A DNA stretch of 64,000 nucleotides from Dudresnaya verticillata. Its lineage: Eukaryota. Positions 22,271 through 37,318 of the stretch are shown here, piece by piece; within the stretch, counting starts at the first letter, position 1, and the number at the start of each line of letters is the position of its first letter. A program made the translations under genes and the position numbers. Below the pieces are notes generated by a model. The model was not told the origin of the DNA, did not search any database, and worked only from the letters and a program-made list of their open reading frames with translations. The stretch covers positions 1,054,001 to 1,118,000 of the forward strand of contig OZ374563.1 in NCBI GenBank assembly GCA_977862235.1. The letters run 5' to 3'.

Positions 22271-24168
22271 CTACCACAAGAAGCTAGGATCGACAAAATT
22301 CTTACTCAGCAGATCAGACTCTAAGATGTCTTCCACGTTCAATGCGGAAAGTACATGGGCCTGATCAACAATCCCCGTTGGCGTCCGAGATTCATTGCCG
22401 TTGCTGGCAACTTGGGATGCAACCTGTGGATTGCGACCACTCTGGCGACGGGCCGCTGCAATGCTCTGGGATGAACTCCCATCTTGGGAACGAGGAATAG
22501 AAGTCCCGGCGGTTGCAGAGCTTGAAAGGCCTTCAACACCCGTGTCCATGTGCGAAGAGTTCGGGGTTGTAGCTTTTGTAGAGCTTGGTGTCCCCCATTT
22601 GGTCTGTATTGCTCTTCGACGCAGCCTGGCGGGAACGAGAGGCGCTAGCAGACCGCGACTTGGCTGGTGCCTTCCGAGCTTTTGCTGGTTTCGCCCTGTT
22701 TTGGGGCTTTTTGTCAACCGGGACAGCGGAGGAGCCAGAAGCTGTAGCTTTTTGAGCTTTTGGTTGCCTCTTTCGATTTGAAGTCGGCTTTCTCGGCTCC
22801 CTCCCAGGCTTCTTGGATGCTTCTTTGCTCACCCGACCCTTGGACGGCTTCAGCTCAACATTTCGCAGTCCCTCACTTTCCTTCTCTGCGTTAGTTGAAG
22901 CCTCGCGATAGACCTTTTTCGCTTCCGTACCCATTGGTTTGCGGTTACGATCCGGGTCCTTGCGACACGCCTGGCAGTCCCAGGTCCCGAGCCTCCTCGC
23001 AAGACGTAGCAAGCCAACGTCTCTCACCTTTCCTGCACACTTAAAGCACAATCCCATATCACAAGTCCCAGAATATGTATTGATACATTTGAACATGTCC
23101 GAGACATTTGAATCAATTAGGCAATACTGGCAGAACGTGGCTCCAATTCGCTTGCCGGGAACAGGCTTAGACCTAGAATTAAGCATTGGATTCGCTCCAT
23201 CTGCAACGTTCGAGGGCACGACTTTCGAAGGCTGAGGTACTGAAGCGGGTTTGGTCCCATTTTCAGGTGTTGAAGCGCCCGTGGTTCCATTCTGAGATAC
23301 TGAAGCGACTCTGGTCCCGTTCTGAGGTCCCGAAGCTGCTGTCGTCGCATTACGAGGTGCTGAAGCGGCTCTGGTCGCATTACGAGGTGCTGAAGCGGCT
23401 CTGGTCGCATTACGAGGTGCTGAAGCGGCCTTGTTCACATTCTGCCTTCTATGCACCGCTTTTGCTATCTTCTTTTGGACTGGCAAAGAGCCCACGGCCG
23501 AAGGCGGGGGACTTGGTGGGATTTGTTGTCCATGAACGGGTGCAGTAGGATTGGAGATAGCTGTAGCCTGCGGAGCATGCTGAGCGATCAGCTGTGCCAC
23601 AAGGGGAGCGCAAGCAGGGTCTCGGAGTGCAGGGTTGAGCGTGAGCAGCTGCATGATGGGGCTTGAAGCGATCAGCTGTATTTGTGCAACATTGGCCAGC
23701 ATGTTTGTCATTGATTGTTGCTGTTGCCCATACTCATTAAACAACGGTGGTTGCCCATACTCATTGAGTGACGGTTGGTGCCCATATCCATTCGTAAAAG
23801 ATTGTTGGGCATAGCCGTTAACTTGCGGCTGTCCACTGACTAGCGGTTGCTGTGCTAGCGTATTTTGCGATAGTTGCTGCGGATGCACTGGGTTTGTGGG
23901 ATGATGCTGAAGATAAGCTAAGATAAGCTAATCCAGGCGGCAGCTGCTGCTGAAGGTGGGGTTGGTGGTGACAACTTGGTTGAGTTGGAAGCCTAGCGCG
24001 ACCAGCTAGGCGCGGGTCTCTCGTCAGAGGCGTCGCCACATTGGCAACCGAAGGCTGGCTTTGGGAAGAGATTGGGGCGGGCGCAGCACTTCCGAGAGGT
24101 TGAGATGTGGAGGGGCCTCGAACAGAATTGGTCCTCGATGCTGAGGCTGGATGCGGCAGACGGCTCAT
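22271..24168 (-). pseudogene. Array gene copy 7, doubly frameshifted
   Basis: C5 instead of C4 at 22592-22596 and tandem AGATAAGCTA duplication at 23911-23930. The track splits into 138/451/148-aa pieces. Confidence 0.8.
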
Positions 24169-26032
24169 GATGGTGGATATCTTTTCGATAGGTTCGACAA
24201 GATCAATTACGCCGAAGCAATCACGTAGATGCACCTATTGAGGTTTGTTGCAAACTCTTCACCCTCGGTCAAGGGCTGGGCGTTTTGATAAGGCGAGGTG
24301 GTAGGGTTCTAGAGCACTCGAGAAGAGGTTTTGAATAGCTCCACACAGTGCCTTCTTTGAGTTCGAGCTTGGGAAGGGCGAGGAGAGGTTGAGGACTGTT
24401 CAGACTGTATGCTGAATTTTACTCAACACGGTGGGTGTGAGTGAGGTCGTTGTTGTAAGTCTATTGAAAGTTTGCTTTGATGGATTCAATTTGAAGTATA
24501 CAGACGAAAGAAGAGTTGCAATTTGACGCGCAGTGCATGTGGATTGTCCTTGTTTTAGTGGGATGTTTTCATGATCTCGATTCATCTGACAATAACGCAA
24601 TAATGCTTTCTGTTGTAACGTGGTATACGCGGAAGACCACGATTGTCTTGAGTTGGGAAGCACGGTTTCTTTTATGAAGGATAATGCGGCGGGTGAAGCG
24701 GCGGAACGGGAAGCCATCCCGTTCTCATAACGCACCCGCCGCTTTATCCTTCCCTACGCACTCTCCCCTGTTAGTCGGCCACCCACTCCCTTCCGTCAGC
24801 CACAACCTCCATACGCCTCGACCAGGACATCGTTCTCTACAGCTCGTTGTAGGCACCTGAGCTGAGTCAGGAGGGAGTCACACTAGAATGTAGCAATTGG
24901 CATACCTGCGCTCCGCGGCGAGCTGTTGGCCAAAGTTTGGTACCTGCGCTGATCTACTGTACCACTCTAAATGCCGCCTCCGCCCGCCGACCGTTCCAGC
25001 GCTAATGCGCCACACAACACGCCTGCCACAACTGCTCAACCGCCGCAACGCCCAAACGCTTTGAACTTCAGGAGTCATCTCATCGCTGTTGACTCTGACT
25101 CAGCGAGGAAGGATTTTGACTCAGCACTTCGCAACATTCTACGTGGACGGCAGCGAGGGATATAGTTATCAAATCCTGCTGTCCAGAACTAATCCAAGAC
25201 CTTGTCTTCTAAAAACGGTTCGCTAAGGTGCCATACGCGTTGGACGAGATCCAGAGCAATGAGTATGCAGGGAAGATGGCTGGCTGAATGTATGCCATTG
25301 CGCTGGAATCGCTGCTGTTTTCAATGACGATGTGGACAAGACCGCTGTTGGTTTAGTTGTTCGTAGTTGGTAACGCTGCTGCTGGTGAAGCCAAGGTGCA
25401 TAAGCAAGGTGCAGAGAACTCTTCATTAACTATTGCTACCGCTATTGTCAGAGATGACACTACGGATGTACACGGCGATACTGACGATTTTCCGGAGTAG
25501 GCGCCAAGGGTGGTCGAGATAGCTGTGGATGGCGCGGGTGCAGTGAAAACTCTCATGAAGGATTGCGCAGCGGGGAGTGCTGATATCAGGTTATTAAGCT
25601 TGGCCCAGAAAAAGTAATGTTTTTTATTAAATCTATTCACAAGTCAGTGCCGCAAGTTATCTCTTTTTGCGACAAGCATGTTGTCACCCTTTCCGTCGGG
25701 GCTGATTTGAGCCCTTGGCTTGTTATTGGCCCGAGGTGTAGCCGAGGGCCAATAACAACCCTCGGGCTCTACTGTAGAGAACTCGGGCTCTACTGTACTG
25801 TAGAGAACACAACGAAAAAGGTGCCCGTGACGGGTAAGCCACGAGACACTTGCAGCTGCGTTTGCAAGCTCCGCTTGCTACACTTAGCGAGACAATATCA
25901 AGTCAGCGTTAGTTCTTTTACCGCTTGTAGCTACAGAGCCTACCCATTAGGGGAGGAGGCCGCGCCAATGTGCCCCAGCTGGCTGGAAAATACCATTGTT
26001 TCACTCGAGGAAACTTCTTCCTACCTGTAACA

Positions 26033-27930
26033 CTACCACAAGAAGCTAGGATCGACAAAATTCTTACTCAGCAGATCAGACTCTAAGATGTCTTCCACGT
26101 TCAATGCGGAAAGTACATGGGCCTGATCAACAATCCCCGTTGGCGTCCGAGATTCATTGCCGTTGCTGGCAACTTGGGATGCAACCTGTGGATTGCGACC
26201 ACTCTGGCGACGGGCCGCTGCAATGCTCTGGGATGAACTCCCATCTTGGGAACGAGGAATAGAAGTCCCGGCGGTTGCAGAGCTTGAAAGGCCTTCAACA
26301 CCCGTGTCCATGTGCGAAGAGTTCGGGGTTGTAGCTTTTGTAGAGCTTGGTGTCCCCCATTTGGTCTGTATTGCTCTTCGACGCAGCCTGGCGGGAACGA
26401 GAGGCGCTAGCAGACCGCGACTTGGCTGGTGCCTTCCGAGCTTTTGCTGGTTTCGCCCTGTTTTGGGGCTTTTTGTCAACCGGGACAGCGGAGGAGCCAG
26501 AAGCTGTAGCTTTTTGAGCTTTTGGTTGCCTCTTTCGATTTGAAGTCGGCTTTCTCGGCTCCCTCCCAGGCTTCTTGGATGCTTCTTTGCTCACCCGACC
26601 CTTGGACGGCTTCAGCTCAACATTTCGCAGTCCCTCACTTTCCTTCTCTGCGTTAGTTGAAGCCTCGCGATAGACCTTTTTCGCTTCCGTACCCATTGGT
26701 TTGCGGTTACGATCCGGGTCCTTGCGACACGCCTGGCAGTCCCAGGTCCCGAGCCTCCTCGCAAGACGTAGCAAGCCAACGTCTCTCACCTTTCCTGCAC
26801 ACTTAAAGCACAATCCCATATCACAAGTCCCAGAATATGTATTGATACATTTGAACATGTCCGAGACATTTGAATCAATTAGGCAATACTGGCAGAACGT
26901 GGCTCCAATTCGCTTGCCGGGAACAGGCTTAGACCTAGAATTAAGCATTGGATTCGCTCCATCTGCAACGTTCGAGGGCACGACTTTCGAAGGCTGAGGT
27001 ACTGAAGCGGGTTTGGTCCCATTTTCAGGTGTTGAAGCGCCCGTGGTTCCATTCTGAGATACTGAAGCGACTCTGGTCCCGTTCTGAGGTCCCGAAGCTG
27101 CTGTCGTCGCATTACGAGGTGCTGAAGCGGCTCTGGTCGCATTACGAGGTGCTGAAGCGGCTCTGGTCGCATTACGAGGTGCTGAAGCGGCCTTGTTCAC
27201 ATTCTGCCTTCTATGCACCGCTTTTGCTATCTTCTTTTGGACTGGCAAAGAGCCCACGGCCGAAGGCGGGGGACTTGGTGGGATTTGTTGTCCATGAACG
27301 GGTGCAGTAGGATTGGAGATAGCTGTAGCCTGCGGAGCATGCTGAGCGATCAGCTGTGCCACAAGGGGAGCGCAAGCAGGGTCTCGGAGTGCAGGGTTGA
27401 GCGTGAGCAGCTGCATGATGGGGCTTGAAGCGATCAGCTGTATTTGTGCAACATTGGCCAGCATGTTTGTCATTGATTGTTGCTGTTGCCCATACTCATT
27501 AAACAACGGTGGTTGCCCATACTCATTGAGTGACGGTTGGTGCCCATATCCATTCGTAAAAGATTGTTGGGCATAGCCGTTAACTTGCGGCTGTCCACTG
27601 ACTAGCGGTTGCTGTGCTAGCGTATTTTGCGATAGTTGCTGCGGATGCACTGGGTTTGTGGGATGATGCTGAAGATAAGCTAAGATAAGCTAATCCAGGC
27701 GGCAGCTGCTGCTGAAGGTGGGGTTGGTGGTGACAACTTGGTTGAGTTGGAAGCCTAGCGCGACCAGCTAGGCGCGGGTCTCTCGTCAGAGGCGTCGCCA
27801 CATTGGCAACCGAAGGCTGGCTTTGGGAAGAGATTGGGGCGGGCGCAGCACTTCCGAGAGGTTGAGATGTGGAGGGGCCTCGAACAGAATTGGTCCTCGA
27901 TGCTGAGGCTGGATGCGGCAGACGGCTCAT
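26033..27930 (-). pseudogene. Array gene copy 8, doubly frameshifted
   Basis: Same +C and 10-bp duplication as copy 7. Confidence 0.8.
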
Positions 27931-29794
27931 GATGGTGGATATCTTTTCGATAGGTTCGACAAGATCAATTACGCCGAAGCAATCACGTAGATGCACCTAT
28001 TGAGGTTTGTTGCAAACTCTTCACCCTCGGTCAAGGGCTGGGCGTTTTGATAAGGCGAGGTGGTAGGGTTCTAGAGCACTCGAGAAGAGGTTTTGAATAG
28101 CTCCACACAGTGCCTTCTTTGAGTTCGAGCTTGGGAAGGGCGAGGAGAGGTTGAGGACTGTTCAGACTGTATGCTGAATTTTACTCAACACGGTGGGTGT
28201 GAGTGAGGTCGTTGTTGTAAGTCTATTGAAAGTTTGCTTTGATGGATTCAATTTGAAGTATACAGACGAAAGAAGAGTTGCAATTTGACGCGCAGTGCAT
28301 GTGGATTGTCCTTGTTTTAGTGGGATGTTTTCATGATCTCGATTCATCTGACAATAACGCAATAATGCTTTCTGTTGTAACGTGGTATACGCGGAAGACC
28401 ACGATTGTCTTGAGTTGGGAAGCACGGTTTCTTTTATGAAGGATAATGCGGCGGGTGAAGCGGCGGAACGGGAAGCCATCCCGTTCTCATAACGCACCCG
28501 CCGCTTTATCCTTCCCTACGCACTCTCCCCTGTTAGTCGGCCACCCACTCCCTTCCGTCAGCCACAACCTCCATAAGCCTCGACCAGGACATCGTTCTCT
28601 ACAGCTCGTTGTAGGCACCTGAGCTGAGTCAGGAGGGAGTCACACTAGAATGTAGCAATTGGCATACCTGCGCTCCGCGGCGAGCTGTTGGCCAAAGTTT
28701 GGTACCTGCGCTGATCTACTGTACCACTCTAAATGCCGCCTCCGCCCGCCGACCGTTCCAGCGCTAATGCGCCACACAACACGCCTGCCACAACTGCTCA
28801 ACCGCCGCAACGCCCAAACGCTTTGAACTTCAGGAGTCATCTCATCGCTGTTGACTCTGACTCAGCGAGGAAGGATTTTGACTCAGCACTTCGCAACATT
28901 CTACGTGGACGGCAGCGAGGGATATAGTTATCAAATCCTGCTGTCCAGAACTAATCCAAGACCTTGTCTTCTAAAAACGGTTCGCTAAGGTGCCATACGC
29001 GTTGGACGAGATCCAGAGCAATGAGTATGCAGGGAAGATGGCTGGCTGAATGTATGCCATTGCGCTGGAATCGCTGCTGTTTTCAATGACGATGTGGACA
29101 AGACCGCTGTTGGTTTAGTTGTTCGTAGTTGGTAACGCTGCTGCTGGTGAAGCCAAGGTGCATAAGCAAGGTGCAGAGAACTCTTCATTAACTATTGCTA
29201 CCGCTATTGTCAGAGATGACACTACGGATGTACACGGCGATACTGACGATTTTCCGGAGTAGGCGCCAAGGGTGGTCGAGATAGCTGTGGATGGCGCGGG
29301 TGCAGTGAAAACTCTCATGAAGGATTGCGCAGCGGGGAGTGCTGATATCAGGTTATTAAGCTTGGCCCAGAAAAAGTAATGTTTTTTATTAAATCTATTC
29401 ACAAGTCAGTGCCGCAAGTTATCTCTTTTTGCGACAAGCATGTTGTCACCCTTTCCGTCGGGGCTGATTTGAGCCCTTGGCTTGTTATTGGCCCGAGGTG
29501 TAGCCGAGGGCCAATAACAACCCTCGGGCTCTACTGTAGAGAACTCGGGCTCTACTGTACTGTAGAGAACACAACGAAAAAGGTGCCCGTGACGGGTAAG
29601 CCACGAGACACTTGCAGCTGCGTTTGCAAGCTCCGCTTGCTACACTTAGCGAGACAATATCAAGTCAGCGTTAGTTCTTTTACCGCTTGTAGCTACAGAG
29701 CCTACCCATTAGGGGAGGAGGCCGCGCCAATGTGCCCCAGCTGGCTGGAAAATACCATTGTTTCACTCGAGGAAACTTCTTCCTACCTGTAACA

Positions 29795-31692
29795 CTACCA
29801 CAAGAAGCTAGGATCGACAAAATTCTTACTCAGCAGATCAGACTCTAAGATGTCTTCCACGTTCAATGCGGAAAGTACATGGGCCTGATCAACAATCCCC
29901 GTTGGCGTCCGAGATTCATTGCCGTTGCTGGCAACTTGGGATGCAACCTGTGGATTGCGACCACTCTGGCGACGGGCCGCTGCAATGCTCTGGGATGAAC
30001 TCCCATCTTGGGAACGAGGAATAGAAGTCCCGGCGGTTGCAGAGCTTGAAAGGCCTTCAACACCCGTGTCCATGTGCGAAGAGTTCGGGGTTGTAGCTTT
30101 TGTAGAGCTTGGTGTCCCCCATTTGGTCTGTATTGCTCTTCGACGCAGCCTGGCGGGAACGAGAGGCGCTAGCAGACCGCGACTTGGCTGGTGCCTTCCG
30201 AGCTTTTGCTGGTTTCGCCCTGTTTTGGGGCTTTTTGTCAACCGGGACAGCGGAGGAGCCAGAAGCTGTAGCTTTTTGAGCTTTTGGTTGCCTCTTTCGA
30301 TTTGAAGTCGGCTTTCTCGGCTCCCTCCCAGGCTTCTTGGATGCTTCTTTGCTCACCCGACCCTTGGACGGCTTCAGCTCAACATTTCGCAGTCCCTCAC
30401 TTTCCTTCTCTGCGTTAGTTGAAGCCTCGCGATAGACCTTTTTCGCTTCCGTACCCATTGGTTTGCGGTTACGATCCGGGTCCTTGCGACACGCCTGGCA
30501 GTCCCAGGTCCCGAGCCTCCTCGCAAGACGTAGCAAACCAACGTCTCTCACCTTTCCTGCACACTTAAAGCACAATCCCATATCACAAGTCCCAGAATAT
30601 GTATTGATACATTTGAACATGTCCGAGACATTTGAATCAATTAGGCAATACTGGCAGAACGTGGCTCCAATTCGCTTGCCGGGAACAGGCTTAGACCTAG
30701 AATTAAGCATTGGATTCGCTCCATCTGCAACGTTCGAGGGCACGACTTTCGAAGGCTGAGGTACTGAAGCGGGTTTGGTCCCATTTTCAGGTGTTGAAGC
30801 GCCCGTGGTTCCATTCTGAGATACTGAAGCGACTCTGGTCCCGTTCTGAGGTCCCGAAGCTGCTGTCGTCGCATTACGAGGTGCTGAAGCGGCTCTGGTC
30901 GCATTACGAGGTGCTGAAGCGGCTCTGGTCGCATTACGAGGTGCTGAAGCGGCCTTGTTCACATTCTGCCTTCTATGCACCGCTTTTGCTATCTTCTTTT
31001 GGACTGGCAAAGAGCCCACGGCCGAAGGCGGGGGACTTGGTGGGATTTGTTGTCCATGAACGGGTGCAGTAGGATTGGAGATAGCTGTAGCCTGCGGAGC
31101 ATGCTGAGCGATCAGCTGTGCCACAAGGGGAGCGCAAGCAGGGTCTCGGAGTGCAGGGTTGAGCGTGAGCAGCTGCATGATGGGGCTTGAAGCGATCAGC
31201 TGTATTTGTGCAACATTGGCCAGCATGTTTGTCATTGATTGTTGCTGTTGCCCATACTCATTAAACAACGGTGGTTGCCCATACTCATTGAGTGACGGTT
31301 GGTGCCCATATCCATTCGTAAAAGATTGTTGGGCATAGCCGTTAACTTGCGGCTGTCCACTGACTAGCGGTTGCTGTGCTAGCGTATTTTGCGATAGTTG
31401 CTGCGGATGCACTGGGTTTGTGGGATGATGCTGAAGATAAGCTAAGATAAGCTAATCCAGGCGGCAGCTGCTGCTGAAGGTGGGGTTGGTGGTGACAACT
31501 TGGTTGAGTTGGAAGCCTAGCGCGACCAGCTAGGCGCGGGTCTCTCGTCAGAGGCGTCGCCACATTGGCAACCGAAGGCTGGCTTTGGGAAGAGATTGGG
31601 GCGGGCGCAGCACTTCCGAGAGGTTGAGATGTGGAGGGGCCTCGAACAGAATTGGTCCTCGATGCTGAGGCTGGATGCGGCAGACGGCTCAT
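29795..31692 (-). pseudogene. Array gene copy 9, doubly frameshifted
   Basis: Same +C and 10-bp duplication, plus a private synonymous G>A at 30537. Confidence 0.8.
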
Positions 31693-33556
31693 GATGGTGG
31701 ATATCTTTTCGATAGGTTCGACAAGATCAATTACGCCGAAGCAATCACGTAGATGCACCTATTGAGGTTTGTTGCAAACTCTTCACCCTCGGTCAAGGGC
31801 TGGGCGTTTTGATAAGGCGAGGTGGTAGGGTTCTAGAGCACTCGAGAAGAGGTTTTGAATAGCTCCACACAGTGCCTTCTTTGAGTTCGAGCTTGGGAAG
31901 GGCGAGGAGAGGTTGAGGACTGTTCAGACTGTATGCTGAATTTTACTCAACACGGTGGGTGTGAGTGAGGTCGTTGTTGTAAGTCTATTGAAAGTTTGCT
32001 TTGATGGATTCAATTTGAAGTATACAGACGAAAGAAGAGTTGCAATTTGACGCGCAGTGCATGTGGATTGTCCTTGTTTTAGTGGGATGTTTTCATGATC
32101 TCGATTCATCTGACAATAACGCAATAATGCTTTCTGTTGTAACGTGGTATACGCGGAAGACCACGATTGTCTTGAGTTGGGAAGCACGGTTTCTTTTATG
32201 AAGGATAATGCGGCGGGTGAAGCGGCGGAACGGGAAGCCATCCCGTTCTCATAACGCACCCGCCGCTTTATCCTTCCCTACGCACTCTCCCCTGTTAGTC
32301 GGCCACCCACTCCCTTCCGTCAGCCACAACCTCCATAAGCCTCGACCAGGACATCGTTCTCTACAGCTCGTTGTAGGCACCTGAGCTGAGTCAGGAGGGA
32401 GTCACACTAGAATGTAGCAATTGGCATACCTGCGCTCCGCGGCGAGCTGTTGGCCAAAGTTTGGTACCTGCGCTGATCTACTGTACCACTCTAAATGCCG
32501 CCTCCGCCCGCCGACCGTTCCAGCGCTAATGCGCCACACAACACGCCTGCCACAACTGCTCAACCGCCGCAACGCCCAAACGCTTTGAACTTCAGGAGTC
32601 ATCTCATCGCTGTTGACTCTGACTCAGCGAGGAAGGATTTTGACTCAGCACTTCGCAACATTCTACGTGGACGGCAGCGAGGGATATAGTTATCAAATCC
32701 TGCTGTCCAGAACTAATCCAAGACCTTGTCTTCTAAAAACGGTTCGCTAAGGTGCCATACGCGTTGGACGAGATCCAGAGCAATGAGTATGCAGGGAAGA
32801 TGGCTGGCTGAATGTATGCCATTGCGCTGGAATCGCTGCTGTTTTCAATGACGATGTGGACAAGACCGCTGTTGGTTTAGTTGTTCGTAGTTGGTAACGC
32901 TGCTGCTGGTGAAGCCAAGGTGCATAAGCAAGGTGCAGAGAACTCTTCATTAACTATTGCTACCGCTATTGTCAGAGATGACACTACGGATGTACACGGC
33001 GATACTGACGATTTTCCGGAGTAGGCGCCAAGGGTGGTCGAGATAGCTGTGGATGGCGCGGGTGCAGTGAAAACTCTCATGAAGGATTGCGCAGCGGGGA
33101 GTGCTGATATCAGGTTATTAAGCTTGGCCCAGAAAAAGTAATGTTTTTTATTAAATCTATTCACAAGTCAGTGCCGCAAGTTATCTCTTTTTGCGACAAG
33201 CATGTTGTCACCCTTTCCGTCGGGGCTGATTTGAGCCCTTGGCTTGTTATTGGCCCGAGGTGTAGCCGAGGGCCAATAACAACCCTCGGGCTCTACTGTA
33301 GAGAACTCGGGCTCTACTGTACTGTAGAGAACACAACGAAAAAGGTGCCCGTGACGGGTAAGCCACGAGACACTTGCAGCTGCGTTTGCAAGCTCCGCTT
33401 GCTACACTTAGCGAGACAATATCAAGTCAGCGTTAGTTCTTTTACCGCTTGTAGCTACAGAGCCTACCCATTAGGGGAGGAGGCCGCGCCAATGTGCCCC
33501 AGCTGGCTGGAAAATACCATTGTTTCACTCGAGGAAACTTCTTCCTACCTGTAACA

Positions 33557-35454
33557 CTACCACAAGAAGCTAGGATCGACAAAATTCTTACTCAGCAGAT
33601 CAGACTCTAAGATGTCTTCCACGTTCAATGCGGAAAGTACATGGGCCTGATCAACAATCCCCGTTGGCGTCCGAGATTCATTGCCGTTGCTGGCAACTTG
33701 GGATGCAACCTGTGGATTGCGACCACTCTGGCGACGGGCCGCTGCAATGCTCTGGGATGAACTCCCATCTTGGGAACGAGGAATAGAAGTCCCGGCGGTT
33801 GCAGAGCTTGAAAGGCCTTCAACACCCGTGTCCATGTGCGAAGAGTTCGGGGTTGTAGCTTTTGTAGAGCTTGGTGTCCCCCATTTGGTCTGTATTGCTC
33901 TTCGACGCAGCCTGGCGGGAACGAGAGGCGCTAGCAGACCGCGACTTGGCTGGTGCCTTCCGAGCTTTTGCTGGTTTCGCCCTGTTTTGGGGCTTTTTGT
34001 CAACCGGGACAGCGGAGGAGCCAGAAGCTGTAGCTTTTTGAGCTTTTGGTTGCCTCTTTCGATTTGAAGTCGGCTTTCTCGGCTCCCTCCCAGGCTTCTT
34101 GGATGCTTCTTTGCTCACCCGACCCTTGGACGGCTTCAGCTCAACATTTCGCAGTCCCTCACTTTCCTTCTCTGCGTTAGTTGAAGCCTCGCGATAGACC
34201 TTTTTCGCTTCCGTACCCATTGGTTTGCGGTTACGATCCGGGTCCTTGCGACACGCCTGGCAGTCCCAGGTCCCGAGCCTCCTCGCAAGACGTAGCAAGC
34301 CAACGTCTCTCACCTTTCCTGCACACTTAAAGCACAATCCCATATCACAAGTCCCAGAATATGTATTGATACATTTGAACATGTCCGAGACATTTGAATC
34401 AATTAGGCAATACTGGCAGAACGTGGCTCCAATTCGCTTGCCGGGAACAGGCTTAGACCTAGAATTAAGCATTGGATTCGCTCCATCTGCAACGTTCGAG
34501 GGCACGACTTTCGAAGGCTGAGGTACTGAAGCGGGTTTGGTCCCATTTTCAGGTGTTGAAGCGCCCGTGGTTCCATTCTGAGATACTGAAGCGACTCTGG
34601 TCCCGTTCTGAGGTCCCGAAGCTGCTGTCGTCGCATTACGAGGTGCTGAAGCGGCTCTGGTCGCATTACGAGGTGCTGAAGCGGCTCTGGTCGCATTACG
34701 AGGTGCTGAAGCGGCCTTGTTCACATTCTGCCTTCTATGCACCGCTTTTGCTATCTTCTTTTGGACTGGCAAAGAGCCCACGGCCGAAGGCGGGGGACTT
34801 GGTGGGATTTGTTGTCCATGAACGGGTGCAGTAGGATTGGAGATAGCTGTAGCCTGCGGAGCATGCTGAGCGATCAGCTGTGCCACAAGGGGAGCGCAAG
34901 CAGGGTCTCGGAGTGCAGGGTTGAGCGTGAGCAGCTGCATGATGGGGCTTGAAGCGATCAGCTGTATTTGTGCAACATTGGCCAGCATGTTTGTCATTGA
35001 TTGTTGCTGTTGCCCATACTCATTAAACAACGGTGGTTGCCCATACTCATTGAGTGACGGTTGGTGCCCATATCCATTCGTAAAAGATTGTTGGGCATAG
35101 CCGTTAACTTGCGGCTGTCCACTGACTAGCGGTTGCTGTGCTAGCGTATTTTGCGATAGTTGCTGCGGATGCACTGGGTTTGTGGGATGATGCTGAAGAT
35201 AAGCTAAGATAAGCTAATCCAGGCGGCAGCTGCTGCTGAAGGTGGGGTTGGTGGTGACAACTTGGTTGAGTTGGAAGCCTAGCGCGACCAGCTAGGCGCG
35301 GGTCTCTCGTCAGAGGCGTCGCCACATTGGCAACCGAAGGCTGGCTTTGGGAAGAGATTGGGGCGGGCGCAGCACTTCCGAGAGGTTGAGATGTGGAGGG
35401 GCCTCGAACAGAATTGGTCCTCGATGCTGAGGCTGGATGCGGCAGACGGCTCAT
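33557..35454 (-). pseudogene. Array gene copy 10, doubly frameshifted
   Basis: Same +C and 10-bp duplication. Confidence 0.8.
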
Positions 35455-37318
35455 GATGGTGGATATCTTTTCGATAGGTTCGACAAGATCAATTACGCCG
35501 AAGCAATCACGTAGATGCACCTATTGAGGTTTGTTGCAAACTCTTCACCCTCGGTCAAGGGCTGGGCGTTTTGATAAGGCGAGGTGGTAGGGTTCTAGAG
35601 CACTCGAGAAGAGGTTTTGAATAGCTCCACACAGTGCCTTCTTTGAGTTCGAGCTTGGGAAGGGCGAGGAGAGGTTGAGGACTGTTCAGACTGTATGCTG
35701 AATTTTACTCAACACGGTGGGTGTGAGTGAGGTCGTTGTTGTAAGTCTATTGAAAGTTTGCTTTGATGGATTCAATTTGAAGTATACAGACGAAAGAAGA
35801 GTTGCAATTTGACGCGCAGTGCATGTGGATTGTCCTTGTTTTAGTGGGATGTTTTCATGATCTCGATTCATCTGACAATAACGCAATAATGCTTTCTGTT
35901 GTAACGTGGTATACGCGGATGACCACGATTGTCTTGAGTTGGGAAGCACGGTTTCTTTTATGAAGGATAATGCGGCGGGTGAAGCGGCGGAACGGGAAGC
36001 CATCCCGTTCTCATAACGCACCCGCCGCTTTATCCTTCCCTACGCACTCTCCCCTGTTAGTCGGCCACCCACTCCCTTCCGTCAGCCACAACCTCCATAA
36101 GCCTCGACCAGGACATCGTTCTCTACAGCTCGTTGTAGGCACCTGAGCTGAGTCAGGAGGGAGTCACACTAGAATGTAGCAATTGGCATACCTGCGCTCC
36201 GCGGCGAGCTGTTGGCCAAAGTTTGGTACCTGCGCTGATCTACTGTACCACTCTAAATGCCGCCTCCGCCCGCCGACCGTTCCAGCGCTAATGCGCCACA
36301 CAACACGCCTGCCACAACTGCTCAACCGCCGCAACGCCCAAACGCTTTGAACTTCAGGAGTCATCTCATCGCTGTTGACTCTGACTCAGCGAGGAAGGAT
36401 TTTGACTCAGCACTTCGCAACATTCTACGTGGACGGCAGCGAGGGATATAGTTATCAAATCCTGCTGTCCAGAACTAATCCAAGACCTTGTCTTCTAAAA
36501 ACGGTTCGCTAAGGTGCCATACGCGTTGGACGAGATCCAGAGCAATGAGTATGCAGGGAAGATGGCTGGCTGAATGTATGCCATTGCGCTGGAATCGCTG
36601 CTGTTTTCAATGACGATGTGGACAAGACCGCTGTTGGTTTAGTTGTTCGTAGTTGGTAACGCTGCTGCTGGTGAAGCCAAGGTGCATAAGCAAGGTGCAG
36701 AGAACTCTTCATTAACTATTGCTACCGCTATTGTCAGAGATGACACTACGGATGTACACGGCGATACTGACGATTTTCCGGAGTAGGCGCCAAGGGTGGT
36801 CGAGATAGCTGTGGATGGCGCGGGTGCAGTGAAAACTCTCATGAAGGATTGCGCAGCGGGGAGTGCTGATATCAGGTTATTAAGCTTGGCCCAGAAAAAG
36901 TAATGTTTTTTATTAAATCTATTCACAAGTCAGTGCCGCAAGTTATCTCTTTTTGCGACAAGCATGTTGTCACCCTTTCCGTCGGGGCTGATTTGAGCCC
37001 TTGGCTTGTTATTGGCCCGAGGTGTAGCCGAGGGCCAATAACAACCCTCGGGCTCTACTGTAGAGAACTCGGGCTCTACTGTACTGTAGAGAACACAACG
37101 AAAAAGGTGCCCGTGACGGGTAAGCCACGAGACACTTGCAGCTGCGTTTGCAAGCTCCGCTTGCTACACTTAGCGAGACAATATCAAGTCAGCGTTAGTT
37201 CTTTTACCGCTTGTAGCTACAGAGCCTACCCATTAGGGGAGGAGGCCGCGCCAATGTGCCCCAGCTGGCTGGAAAATACCATTGTTTCACTCGAGGAAAC
37301 TTCTTCCTACCTGTAACA